A DNA stretch of 63,607 nt, counting the filler, from Octopus bimaculoides (Eukaryota), in assembly GCF_001194135.2 (NCBI RefSeq). It is 5 parts of 4 records of this genome, joined end to end, with 100 filler letters (N's around TTAATTAATTAA, not from the genome) between each part and the next. Parts side by side here need not be neighbours in the genome. Positions count along the whole stretch, not along the records: positions 48,867 to 57,525 come from NC_069010.1; positions 57,626 to 60,562 come from NC_069009.1; positions 60,663 to 63,607 come from NW_026306137.1; 2 more parts are not named here. One strand, 5' to 3'. The notes under the pieces are model-generated. The model was given only the letters and a program-made list of their open reading frames with translations. It made no database searches and was not told the DNA's origin. The position numbers and the translations under genes are program-made. Below, in pieces: positions 54,005 to 63,607 of the stretch; the first letter of the stretch is position 1; each line of letters starts with the position of its first letter.

Positions 54005-54226
54005 CCCTTTCGTTACCATATTTCTGTTGAGATGCTCCGTGTTTCTTTTAATTAATTTTAAATGTAACAAAGAATTTAGTAAAATAACTTAGTTATCATT
54101 AAGCTGGTGTTAGAAATAAAAATAGTGACGAAGGTTTGGTGGAAGATTTTAATTCAAAACTTTAGAAAACAAGGTATTAGTACTACAGAACCAGAGGTGG
54201 TTTCAACCAGGTTGGTACAAAAAGGG
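54005..54226. mobile_element. piggyBac-type MITE (TTAA|CCCTTT...AAAGGG|TTAA)
   Basis: TTAA at 54001-54004 and 54227-54230 with short TIRs. A truncated second copy starts at 54251; another partial right end lies at ~56400-56490. Confidence 0.75.
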
Positions 54227-55108
54227 TTAAAAATATCATGGTGACTTTAACCCTTTTGTTACCGTATTTCTGTTGAGATGTTCTGTGTTTCTTTCAATTA
54301 ATTTTAAATATAACAAAGAATTTAGTAAAATAACTTAGTTATCATTAAGCTAGTGTTAGGAACATAAATTGTGACTGAGGTTTGGTGGAAGATTTTAAAA
54401 AGCTAGGATGGTCACAAGTGGAACGTCCACTGATCATGGGTCTATTGGATCAAGACTGACCTGGGGCTAAACAACAATAACCGCAAGAAAGGACACATTT
54501 GATAATGTAGTCCTAGATACATTGTCCCTGAATAAAAGACAGGATGGTCACAGTCGGAACATCTTTGATCACAGGTTGATTATAGGACTGACCCGGGGCT
54601 AATGAATAACAGCAATTACAAGATCCAACACAGCATATAGTTCTCGATATGGTATGTGTGAATAGACTGGATAGTCGTGGTTGGAACGCTTTTGATTACG
54701 GGGTATTGGCTCACACCTGAACGAACGACGAAACAACTGAGGTAGTGGTTGCAATTACCTCCCTTGAACCTGACAGTACTTTCAGTAGTTACCTCCCTTC
54801 GGAAAGAAAATTCAATTCTTGTAGAAAGAGAAATTTCCGAAAGAAACGGGAGGGATTTAGCTGATGTTTCTAGCTATAGAAAAGACCCAGGGGTGACGCT
54901 CAAAAATTATCTTTTATCTTTTTCTTGTTTCAATCATCTGATTTCGGCCATGCTGGGGCACATCTTGAAGGGTTTTTAAAGCCTCGTACTTATTCTATCG
55001 GTTTTTTTTTGTGCCTCCGTTCACGTCCCCGTTGTGGGAACGTAAATACACCAACACCAGTTGTCAAGCGGTGGGGTGGGTTGGGTTGAAAACACAGGCA
55101 GACACATA

Positions 55109-55191
55109 CATCATCGTTTAACGTCCGCTTTCCATGCTAGCATGGGTTGGACGATTTGACTGAGGACTGGTGAAACCAGATGGCTACACCA
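55109..55191 (-). mobile_element. Very short young RTE 3' tail joined to an inverted SINE segment
   Basis: catcatcgtttaacgtccgc...gatggctacacc|aaagccttgtgagtgg. Confidence 0.8.
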
Positions 55192-55238
55192 AAGCCTTGT
55201 GAGTGGATTTTGTAGACGGAAACTGGAAGAAGCCCGTC

Positions 55239-55286
<48 letters not shown>

Positions 55287-55774
55287 TACTAGTACTCCAT
55301 TGGTTATGACACCAAGGGTGCCAGTTGACCTGATATCAATGAAACAGCCTGCTCATGAAACTAATGTGCAAGTGGCTGAGTACTCCACAGACATGCTTAC
55401 CCTTCATGTAACAAAGCCTTTAACATTCTTTTACTTGTTTCAGTCATTTGACTGCAGCCATGCTGGAGCACCGGCCTTTATGGTAACAAGTGTTAAAGTC
55501 TTGTCTCGAGGACTACACTTGTTGCTGCTTTGTCCCAAGTCAATCATAATCCTGTAGACCTATAACCAGAAGCGTTCCAGCTGTGACCATCCTGTCATTT
55601 ATTCAGGTATACTTTAACTAATGTGTCCCTTCCGTGTTGGTTAACTTCAGATCAGTCCTGATCGAATAGACTTGCTTCGTCCTCACCTACATTGCTCAAA
55701 AGGTTTTGAAAACATTTATTCTATTTACAAATAACATTGCATCATACAAATTAAAATATTCAAATATAAATATA

Positions 55775-56072
55775 TCATCATCATCATCATCGTTTAACGT
55801 CCGCTTTCTATGCTAGCATGGGTTGGACGATTTGACTGAGGACTGGTGGAGCCCGAAGCCTACACCAGGCTCCAATCTGATTTGGCAGAGTTTCTACAGC
55901 TGGATGCCCTTCCTAACACCAACCACTCTGAGAGTGTAGTAGGTGCTTTTATGTGTCACCCGCACGAAGACCAGTCAGGCGATACTGGCAACGGCCACGC
56001 TCAAAATGGTGTATTTTATGTGCCACCCGCACAAGAGCCAGTCCAGGGGCACTGGCAACGATCTCGCTCGAA
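55775..56072 (-). mobile_element. Young RTE 3' tail
   Basis: (cat)n plus the conserved tail, including gatgcccttcctaacaccaaccactctgagagtg. Confidence 0.85.
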
Positions 56073-56099
56073 AGTCTAGTATATTAAGATAGTGCTTTT

Positions 56100-56380
56100 A
56101 AACAAAAGGTGAATATATGTTAGTGTATTAAGATGGTGTGTTAAACATAACAAAAGATAAATATATATTGAAATCAGCATATTAAGACAGTGTTTGGGGC
56201 ATCAGAAAAGATAAATATATATTGGGATATTTAGATGGTGTTTGGGATATCACAAAAGACAGATATATATTGGGATATTTACATGGTGTTTGGGACATCA
56301 CAAAAGACAGATATATATTGGGATATTTACATGGTGTTTGGGACATCACAAAAGACAACTATACAAGATGGTGTTTGAAA
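56100..56380 (+). repeat. ~46-48-bp minisatellite
   Basis: caaaagacagatatatattgggatatttacatggtgtttgggacatca repeated, degenerating leftward. Confidence 0.75.
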
Positions 56381-56988
56381 CAACATAATAGGTACTTTTG
56401 AATTAAATATTTAAAAAGTTTTATAATGAGAAAATTTTGTATCAGAAAAACCAGAGGTGATCCTAGGTAGGTTGAAACCAAAAGGGGTAACCGATAAATT
56501 GGTAATTCAACATTCCATGTTATCATAAATTAAATGGAAGATATTTTACATGCCTTCTTTACTATAAACAACACCAATAAGACGACGACGACAACAACAA
56601 CAACAAACCGGGTGCACATGCACAAAAGATCAACATCTTACCTCCACCCGACAGCAGCATGATGAAACACGAGCCAAATGAAGAGTGTGTCTACATGCTA
56701 GAAACAACAGCTAACTCACACTAATGAAAAAAAAAAACACATCAATATACCCAAACCACCACCACCACCACCAATGGGAGTAACACATGGGAATTGTATT
56801 GTGGTAGACATGCACTGCCCGGGAGAAGGATGGGACGGGATGAGACAGGGTGGCCACAGCCGGGACACCTTTGATCACAGCTCTACTGGATCTGGGACAA
56901 CCAGCCTGTGGCTAAACTACGACGACAATAACATGCTAGGGTGTACATGCTAGAGACAAACTGGTAGTAGTAGTAGTAGTAGTAGTAA

Positions 56989-57026
<38 letters not shown>

Positions 57027-57525
57027 AAGTGATCAACTAGCAACAGTTGTGAAGGTGAGGCTAGCATGCCGGTTCTTTTTAAATTCTTTTTCCTCTCGCA
57101 AGCATGAGAGTGAAAGAATGATATGAGAGAGGGAGAGAGAAAGAGGTGGGTGTTAGGAGAAGGAAAAAGAGAGAGAGATGCATAACAAGAAGAAAACCAA
57201 TGCTTGTTGTGGTCACATACCTAGGAGACTGGTCAGTTGGTCTGTCTGTTTGTCAGTCAGTCGGTTGGTTGGTCTGTGGGTTGGTTGGTCCGTCTGTCTG
57301 GTTGGCCGGTTGGTTGTTGGTTGGTTGTTTTTTGTTTTGTTTTTATGGTCCTTTTTCTTTGTTGTTTTGTTTTGTTTTGTTTGGTCTATATTGTTTGTTG
57401 TTGTTTACGTCTTTTTTTTTTTTTTTAGTTTTGTTTTATGTTTGAAATTTCTTCTCTGTTTCTAGTGGCGAGGCGGGCGGGCGTGGGGGGGAGTGATGGG
57501 TGGTGAGAGGTGAAAGAAGGATGGT

Positions 57526-57625
57526 NNNNNNNNNNNNNNNNNNNNNNNNNNNNNNNNNNNNNNNNNNNNTTAATTAATTAANNNNNNNNNNNNNNNNNNN
57601 NNNNNNNNNNNNNNNNNNNNNNNNN
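57526..57625. other. Artificial scaffolding spacer
   Basis: 44 N + TTAATTAATTAA (57570-57581) + 44 N. Confidence 0.95.
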
Positions 57626-58195
57626 GCTGTTCCGTTGATCGGATCAACTGGAACCCTCGTCATCGTAAGCGACGGAGTGCCAACAACATTTGTGAAAGAG
57701 GACAACAAACACCGACACATAACAAGCATCTCAAGTCATATACATTATTTTATTATTATTCTTAAATTAGTTGTGGTCTAAGGGATCAGGCCACATCCAG
57801 GTTATAGCTCTTGGATACTCCATCTACTGCTACATTTTATGCTACTGTTTGGGCCTAATTAAGGGATTACCATATTGTTATGAGGGACAGAACCACTGTG
57901 TGGTATGGAAAATATCCTGTTACATACAGCCAAAAATAAGTACTATGAAGATACGCTATCATGTATGTCTGTCTCTTTCACTTTTCATTATTCTTTTGCT
58001 TTTTCTCCCCTTACCCCTTCTCCTCTCCCCACCCTCTCTCCACTGCTCCTCCTCTCCTGTCTTCTAGCCCCTCTCCCCTCCCTATTTGTCTACATCTTTC
58101 TCCCCCCCTCGCTCTCTCTCTCTCTCTCTCTTTCCTCTTTCCCTTCATTGTTCTACAAAACCTCAATATAAAACTTCCTTATTGCTCTTTCTCAG

Positions 58196-58433
58196 ATCCA
58201 GTTCTGGAAGCGCAACAAGAAAAAGAGCACATTCCAAGACTATACCTTCTACATTGACGATATAGAAGACAAAAACAAAGCCCGCAAAAAGCGGAGTGTC
58301 AGTGGGGGCCAGGTGACCCTCCAGCTGAAGAACGTCTACCCTTACTCTGATATTGAGGCTCAGGTACTTGTCATCAATTCCTACTATGTAGGACCACCAA
58401 GTGATGTCTTTAGTTTCAAGACAGAAGAAGGAG
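58196..58433 (+). CDS. Nrg: Internal coding exon of an L1CAM/neuroglian-family cell adhesion molecule (C-terminal part of FN3 repeat 3)
   Basis: Acceptor attgctctttctcag|ATC and donor GGAG|gtaag; 238 nt, phase 0 to 1; stop-free. Translates IQFWKRNKKKSTFQDYTFYIDDIEDKNKARKKRSVSGGQVTLQLKNVYPYSDIEAQVLVINSYYVGPPSDVFSFKTEEG. The xxW, LxPYS, N..GPxS and FxTxEG motifs match L1-family FN3-3. Confidence 0.88.
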
Positions 58434-59352
58434 GTAAGAGATCNNNNNNNNNNNNNNNNNNNNNNNNNNNNNNNNNNNNNNNNNNNNNNNNNNNNNNNNN
58501 NNNNNNNNNNNNNNNNNNNNNNNNNNNNNNNNNNNNNNNNNNNNNNNNNNNNNNNNNNNNNNNNNNNNNNNNNNNNNNNNNNNNNNNNNNNNNNNNNNNN
58601 NNNNNNNNNNNNNNNNNNNNNNNNNNNNNNNNNNNNNNNNNNNNNNNNNNNNNNNNNNNNNNNNNNNNNNNNNNNNNNNNNNNNNNNNNNNNNNNNNNNN
58701 NNNNNNNNNNNNNNNNNNNNNNNNNNNNNNNNNNNNNNNNNNNNNNNNNNNNNNNNNNNNNNNNNNNNNNNNNNNNNNNNNNNNNNNNNNNNNNNNNNNN
58801 NNNNNNNNNNNNNNNNNNNNNNNNNNNNNNNNNNNNNNNNNNNNNNNNNNNNNNNNNNNNNNNNNNNNNNNNNNNNNNNNNNNNNNNNNNNNNNNNNNNN
58901 NNNNNNNNNNNNNNNNNNNNNNNNNNNNNNNNNNNNNNNNNNNNNNNNNNNNNNNNNNNNNNNNNNNNNNNNNNNNNNNNNNNNNNNNNNNNNNNNNNNN
59001 NNNNNNNNNNNNNNNNNNNNNNNNNNNNNNNNNNNNNNNNNNNNNNNNNNNNNNNNNNNNNNNNNNNNNNNNNNNNNNNNNNNNNNNNNNNNNNNNNNNN
59101 NNNNNNNNNNNNNNNNNNNNNNNNNNNNNNNNNNNNNNNNNNNNNNNNNNNNTGGTTGGAGCGGTGATGGTTGTGGCTATAGTGATAGCTGTGAGGTAAT
59201 TGTGAGAATAATGCTGGTGGTGTTGTTGTAATGGTGGTAGTGTGTTGTGGTGTGATGATAGTGGTTGTGGTAATGGCAGTGGTTAGATCACTGTAGTGGC
59301 TGTGGTGTAGTGTGGTACTGTAGTTGTGATGGTGGTAGTGGTTGCCTTAGTA

Positions 59353-59928
59353 TTCAAGCTCACACCACACTCACACATTCTGCACTTCTACTGTCATATT
59401 CCATGCCTGCACTCACACTCCACACTTATGCTCCCACTCCATACTACCTTGTTCACACTCTACACTCACAGTCCATGCTCATGCTTCATGCTCCACACTC
59501 AAACTCCAAGCTCACATTCTACATTCACACTTTATGCTCACATTCCACATTCATGCTCCATGCTCACACTCACACTTCATGCCAACACTCACTCTCCATA
59601 CTCACATCATTTTCCCATTTCTCACTCACACTCCATGCTCATGCTGCTTCGCACTCCACATTCACACCTCATGCTCACCCACTATACTCACGGTTTATGC
59701 TCACACTCTACACTCCTGCTCCATGTTCACACATCTAACTCTCACTCCATACTCACACTCCACACCTACACTCAATGCTCAATTCCATGATCACACTCCA
59801 CATNNNNNNNNNNNNNNNNNNNNNNNNNNNNNNNNNNNNNNNGCTCCATGTTCACACATCTAACTCTCACTCCATACTCACACTCCACACCTACACTCAA
59901 TGCTCAATTCCATGATCACACTCCACAT
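59353..59928 (+). repeat. CA/CAT-rich low-complexity intronic tract with an 86-bp duplication across a gap
   Basis: (catgctcacactc)-like units; 59718-59803 equals 59843-59928 either side of a short N run (likely assembly overlap). Confidence 0.7.
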
Positions 59929-59946
59929 TTTCTCTTTGCTTTTCAG

Positions 59947-60069
59947 TTCCTGGACCGGTTCCTTTCCTGATAGCATCTGTGAGAGGTTCTAACCACTTCC
60001 TCTTAGAATGGGATGTGCCTGAGGACAAGAATGGTTATGTTGTTGGCTATGACATTGGATTCCAAACAG
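59947..60069 (+). CDS. Nrg: Next coding exon of the L1CAM/neuroglian-family gene (N-terminal part of FN3 repeat 4)
   Basis: Acceptor ctctttgcttttcag|TT and donor ACAG|gtgagt; 123 nt, phase 1 to 1, in frame with the previous exon. Translates (G)VPGPVPFLIASVRGSNHFLLEWDVPEDKNGYVVGYDIGFQT, with the FN3 LxWxxP..NG..xGYxI pattern. The EG|VPG junction is typical of the L1 family. Confidence 0.88.
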
Positions 60070-60259
60070 GTGAGTCATCTTCCTTTCATGCCCATCACTG
60101 CCAACATCACAAACAAGGTCCTCCTTCTCCACTCTTCTATTCTGGCCTACTTTCATTCATGCTCTGTCATAAATCCTTTCACTCAAACTCAACACAGCAG
60201 CCATCACTTTTGACCCTTTGCTTCTGCAAAGCATTTACATAAATCTTTGTCCTAATTGT

Positions 60260-60539
60260 CAGTGCCCCTGGACTGGCTCTTGTGCGGGTGGCACATAAAA
60301 TACACCATTTTGAGCATGGCCGTTGCCAGTACCGCCCGACTGGCCTTTGTGCCGGTGGCATGTAAAAGCACCCACTACCCTCTCTGAGTGGTTGGCGTTA
60401 GGAAGGGCATCCAGCTGTAGAAACTCTACCAAATCAGATTGGAGCCTGGTGTAGCCATCTGGTTCGCCAGTCCTCAGTCAAATCGTCCAACCCATGCTAG
60501 CATGGAAAGCGGACGTTAAACGATGATGATGATGATGAT
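60260..60539 (+). mobile_element. Young RTE 3' tail in a neuroglian intron
   Basis: gagtggttggcgttaggaagggcatccagctgtagaaac...ggacgttaaac(gat)n. Confidence 0.85.
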
Positions 60540-60562
60540 ATATATATATATATATAAACTAC

Positions 60563-60662
60563 NNNNNNNNNNNNNNNNNNNNNNNNNNNNNNNNNNNNNN
60601 NNNNNNTTAATTAATTAANNNNNNNNNNNNNNNNNNNNNNNNNNNNNNNNNNNNNNNNNNNN
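60563..60662. other. Artificial scaffolding spacer
   Basis: 44 N + TTAATTAATTAA (60607-60618) + 44 N. Confidence 0.95.
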
Positions 60663-61085
60663 TATATATACATACATATAAATATGTGTGTATATGTAAA
60701 CGCACAAATATAACAAATATATACATTCACACACCCCAGAATTATAATAAATATTATTAAATGCACATGATGGGTAATTATTAAACAGAAGTATGTTGAA
60801 TACTAATATTAATGTCTTAAGGAATAATGCAAGTGTAACAGGCGTATGTCAGTCACAGGTAAAAACAATCATGTCACGCGGCAGGTAGCTTGCGTATAGG
60901 CATATGATTATTTCAGTTCTTAAAATTTTGTTCATTCGTCTGGTGCCATAACCCGGACTTATTCATTCGTCTGGTACCATAAACCCGGCATTGTGCATGA
61001 CGATATGCCAAGTCTCATCATGCAAACACTCTGTGTACTTCTCGACAGGATTATACATACATAAATACATGCATTCACACACACA

Positions 61086-61121
<36 letters not shown>

Positions 61122-62606
61122 NNNNNNNNNNNNNNNNNNNNNNNNNNNNNNNNNNNNNNNNNNNNNNNNNNNNNNNNNNNNNNNNNNNNNNNNNNNNNNN
61201 NNNNNNNNNNNNNNNNNNNNNNNNNNNNNNNNNNNNNNNNNNNNNNNNNNNNNNNNNNNNNNNNNNNNNNNNNNNNNNNNNNNNNNNNNNNNNNNNNNNN
61301 NNNNNNNNNNNNNNNNNNNNNNNNNNNNNNNNNNNNNNNNNNNNNNNNNNNNNNNNNNNNNNNNNNNNNNNNNNNNNNNNNNNNNNNNNNNNNNNNNNNN
61401 NNNNNNNNNNNNNNNNNNNNNNNNNNNNNNNNNNNNNNNNNNNNNNNNNNNNNNNNNNNNNNNNNNNNNNNNNNNNNNNNNNNNNNNNNNNNNNNNNNNN
61501 NNNNNNNNNNNNNNNNNNNNNNNNNNNNNNNNNNNNNNNNNNNNNNNNNNNNNNNNNNNNNNNNNNNNNNNNNNNNNNNNNNNNNNNNNNNNNNNNNNNN
61601 NNNNNNNNNNNNNNNNNNNNNNNNNNNNNNNNNNNNNNNNNNNNNNNNNNNNNNNNNNNNNNNNNNNNNNNNNNNNNNNNNNNNNNNNNNNNNNNNNNNN
61701 NNNNNNNNNNNNNNNATATATATATATATATATATATATAAATAAGACGCTTGGAGGCATATAAATATATATGAACGATTTCTGCGGAATTGTACCACAC
61801 ACTTAAGCAATATCGAAAGAGACAGTTATGTCTGAAAGATGAAACCAGAACCCAAATATCCTCAGCTGAGTAACTTTACAGAAGATGAGAGAGAAACCAA
61901 CCTCTTAAGAGTAGGTAAAGCTATTGCAAGCTACTACTTTGCTGGCATAGCGAAGATGTTACTTAGAATATATATTGCAAACCTCAAGCGTTTTTAGCTA
62001 AACACTATGTACTACTTGATGCGTGTCTCTGAGAGAATGTATGTGAGTAAGTCTTTATATATTAATGGCTGTAAGCATATTCAGGTGTGCGGTGTTCTGT
62101 GTGTTCGGGAATGGAGGCGTATAAGCTTTTTTTTTTGTGTATGTATGTGAAGAAAACTATACCCAAAACACTGCGATGATTAATAAGTGTAAGGTAGCCT
62201 AAACGATATTGGAATCCTCCAAATCGTACGAACCAAATGTTTAATGAGGAAACAAAGGTGTTCGTTTTCGTGAAAGAATAGCTAGCGATATCTGGCTTGA
62301 GTCACAACGAAGTGTATTGAAAAAATATAAGAACTGACTAAACAACGTTTCCGATCATAACACTATGACAGAACAAAGGGTGGAAGAGTAGGACATAAAG
62401 CGCACGAATAAATGCTCCAATAAAGACTATATAAAGCCTAGATTAACTTAAATGCACCACAATCCAATGATGGCTTAGCTGGCCGAAACTTCGAAGTCAC
62501 AGTCAATATTATTCTGGTTAAAGAATATTAAAATTTTACTCTTTATATTATGTAGTAACGTAAAATTATTTTTATAACAGAACATAAAAATAAAGCTTTC
62601 AACTCT

Positions 62607-62644
<38 letters not shown>

Positions 62645-62646
<2 letters not shown>

Positions 62647-62812
62647 AAATACAGGAGGATTTTATTCAACATATTCCCCTCTCAAATTCACTCTCTTATT
62701 TTAGTGGTCCTTCAGTTTTTCTAAGCTTTGTAAAAGAATACGGAATATTGGGCCTCCAAATGTTCTTTCACGATACTCTTAAAGCCAGGAACTTTTCAGC
62801 ACCCCTTCGTAT
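62645..62812 (-). mobile_element. Mariner-derived MITE fragment
   Basis: aggaacttttcagcaccccttcgta is the reverse complement of a TACGAGGGGTGCTGAAAAGTTCC-type TIR; adjacent degenerate ...GEYVE* transposase end. Confidence 0.5.
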
Positions 62813-63482
62813 CTGGCCTTCTGAAATCTTATTTAAGACACGATATACACAATACGCCCATTTGTGTGCAAATAGACGCAAAAATAGCTCATGTTCATTG
62901 TCAAAATACATTTGCTATCTCAAGAACTGCGTAGTGTAAAGGTACATAATTAAATGGAAAGTTCCTGTTGATGTGAAAAAACGACTGCAACATATCTGCA
63001 GCTGATAAATACATGATGACAACGCTGCAGGTTAATGTCTTTATTGAAGGGACGCAAAACGTTTTCTTCTGTGATTATAATAAAATTGAAATTATATTCT
63101 CTCAAAGATCTCCCAGTCCCAGATGGATTACGATTCTATTGGCGATATGAACCTCCCTTTAAAAATACTGTTATACGGCAGGCAATTTTAACCACAACTC
63201 TCTAAAATGTTACATGAATATCTGAGAAACTTCATTTCCACAATCCGGTTGCACATTTGTAGAACTCCCTTGGTGAACTAAGAAGCCCGTATTTGGCTCT
63301 TGTAACAAACGTATCAGCTGCATCGGGAAAATGATAAGAGAAATACAGCCATACTTTCAATAAACACTTGGTTCATACACACAAAGACTGCCATACCAGT
63401 GAAAAACGAATTCTCTTGATAGGCTATGCTCGTGCAGATATCTAAATCTCTCTTCTTAAAGAAGAATATTACTGATTATTGA

Positions 63483-63557
63483 TAGTGACTTCGAAGTTTC
63501 GTCTCGCTGAGCCATCTTCGGAGGTTGGCTCAGCGGGCTGAAACTTCGAAGTCACTA
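63483..63557. repeat. 75-nt hairpin with an 18-bp perfect outer stem
   Basis: tagtgacttcgaagtttc / gaaacttcgaagtcacta, inner cgctgagcca / tggctcagcg, apical c-ttcg-g. Confidence 0.85.
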
Positions 63558-63607
63558 CCAAAGACATTCTTGCTTTAAAATTATATATGTGCGTGTAAGT
63601 GTGTGTA

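Noticed and set aside
50055-56380. Regularly spaced 42-48-bp repeats as CRISPR-like arrays
   Set aside because: Contiguous minisatellites without unique spacers, in eukaryotic DNA with no cas genes.
59718-59928. 86-bp direct repeat in the neuroglian intron
   Set aside because: Identical copies flank a short N gap, a typical contig-overlap artefact.
61839-61997. 52-codon ORF MKPEPKYPQLSNFTEDERETNLLRVGK...
   Set aside because: Short, no recognisable family and no splice support.

Overview
Eukaryotic, very repeat-rich, gapped DNA. The SINE and LINE families and the dense (CA)n/(TA)n/(CTAT)n/(GA)n/(AAT)n microsatellites point to a cephalopod, most likely Octopus (inference from repeat motifs). 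The window is not one contig. Four identical artificial 100-bp spacers (44 N + TTAATTAATTAA + 44 N) join five segments: 1-30081, 30182-48766, 48867-57525, 57626-60562 and 60663-63607. Host coding signal is small: two well-supported + strand exons of an L1CAM/neuroglian-family gene (FN3 repeats 3-4, with an inserted loop carrying an RKKR furin-type site) and one probable UBX-domain exon. Almost all entries in the ORF track are microsatellite or N-gap artefacts, or transposon fragments. Mobile DNA comprises two long RTE-clade LINE remnants whose RT contains a C4HC3 PHD-like finger, many young RTE 3' tails, two RTE C2H2 3' ends, a Tx1/L1 3' fragment, R4/Dong fragments, a Gypsy 5'LTR+gag remnant, a solo LTR, several mariner remnants, piggyBac-type MITEs and at least three tRNA-derived SINE families. 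The most interesting items are (i) a near full-length 5S rRNA copy with no terminator, fused to a SINE 3' tail (candidate SINE3), (ii) an RTE-tail insertion that captured a perfect 215-bp inverted copy of nearby DNA, (iii) the PHD finger inside the RT, and (iv) several long hairpins. There is no CRISPR array or prokaryotic system. I cannot claim a confirmed novel system from sequence alone.
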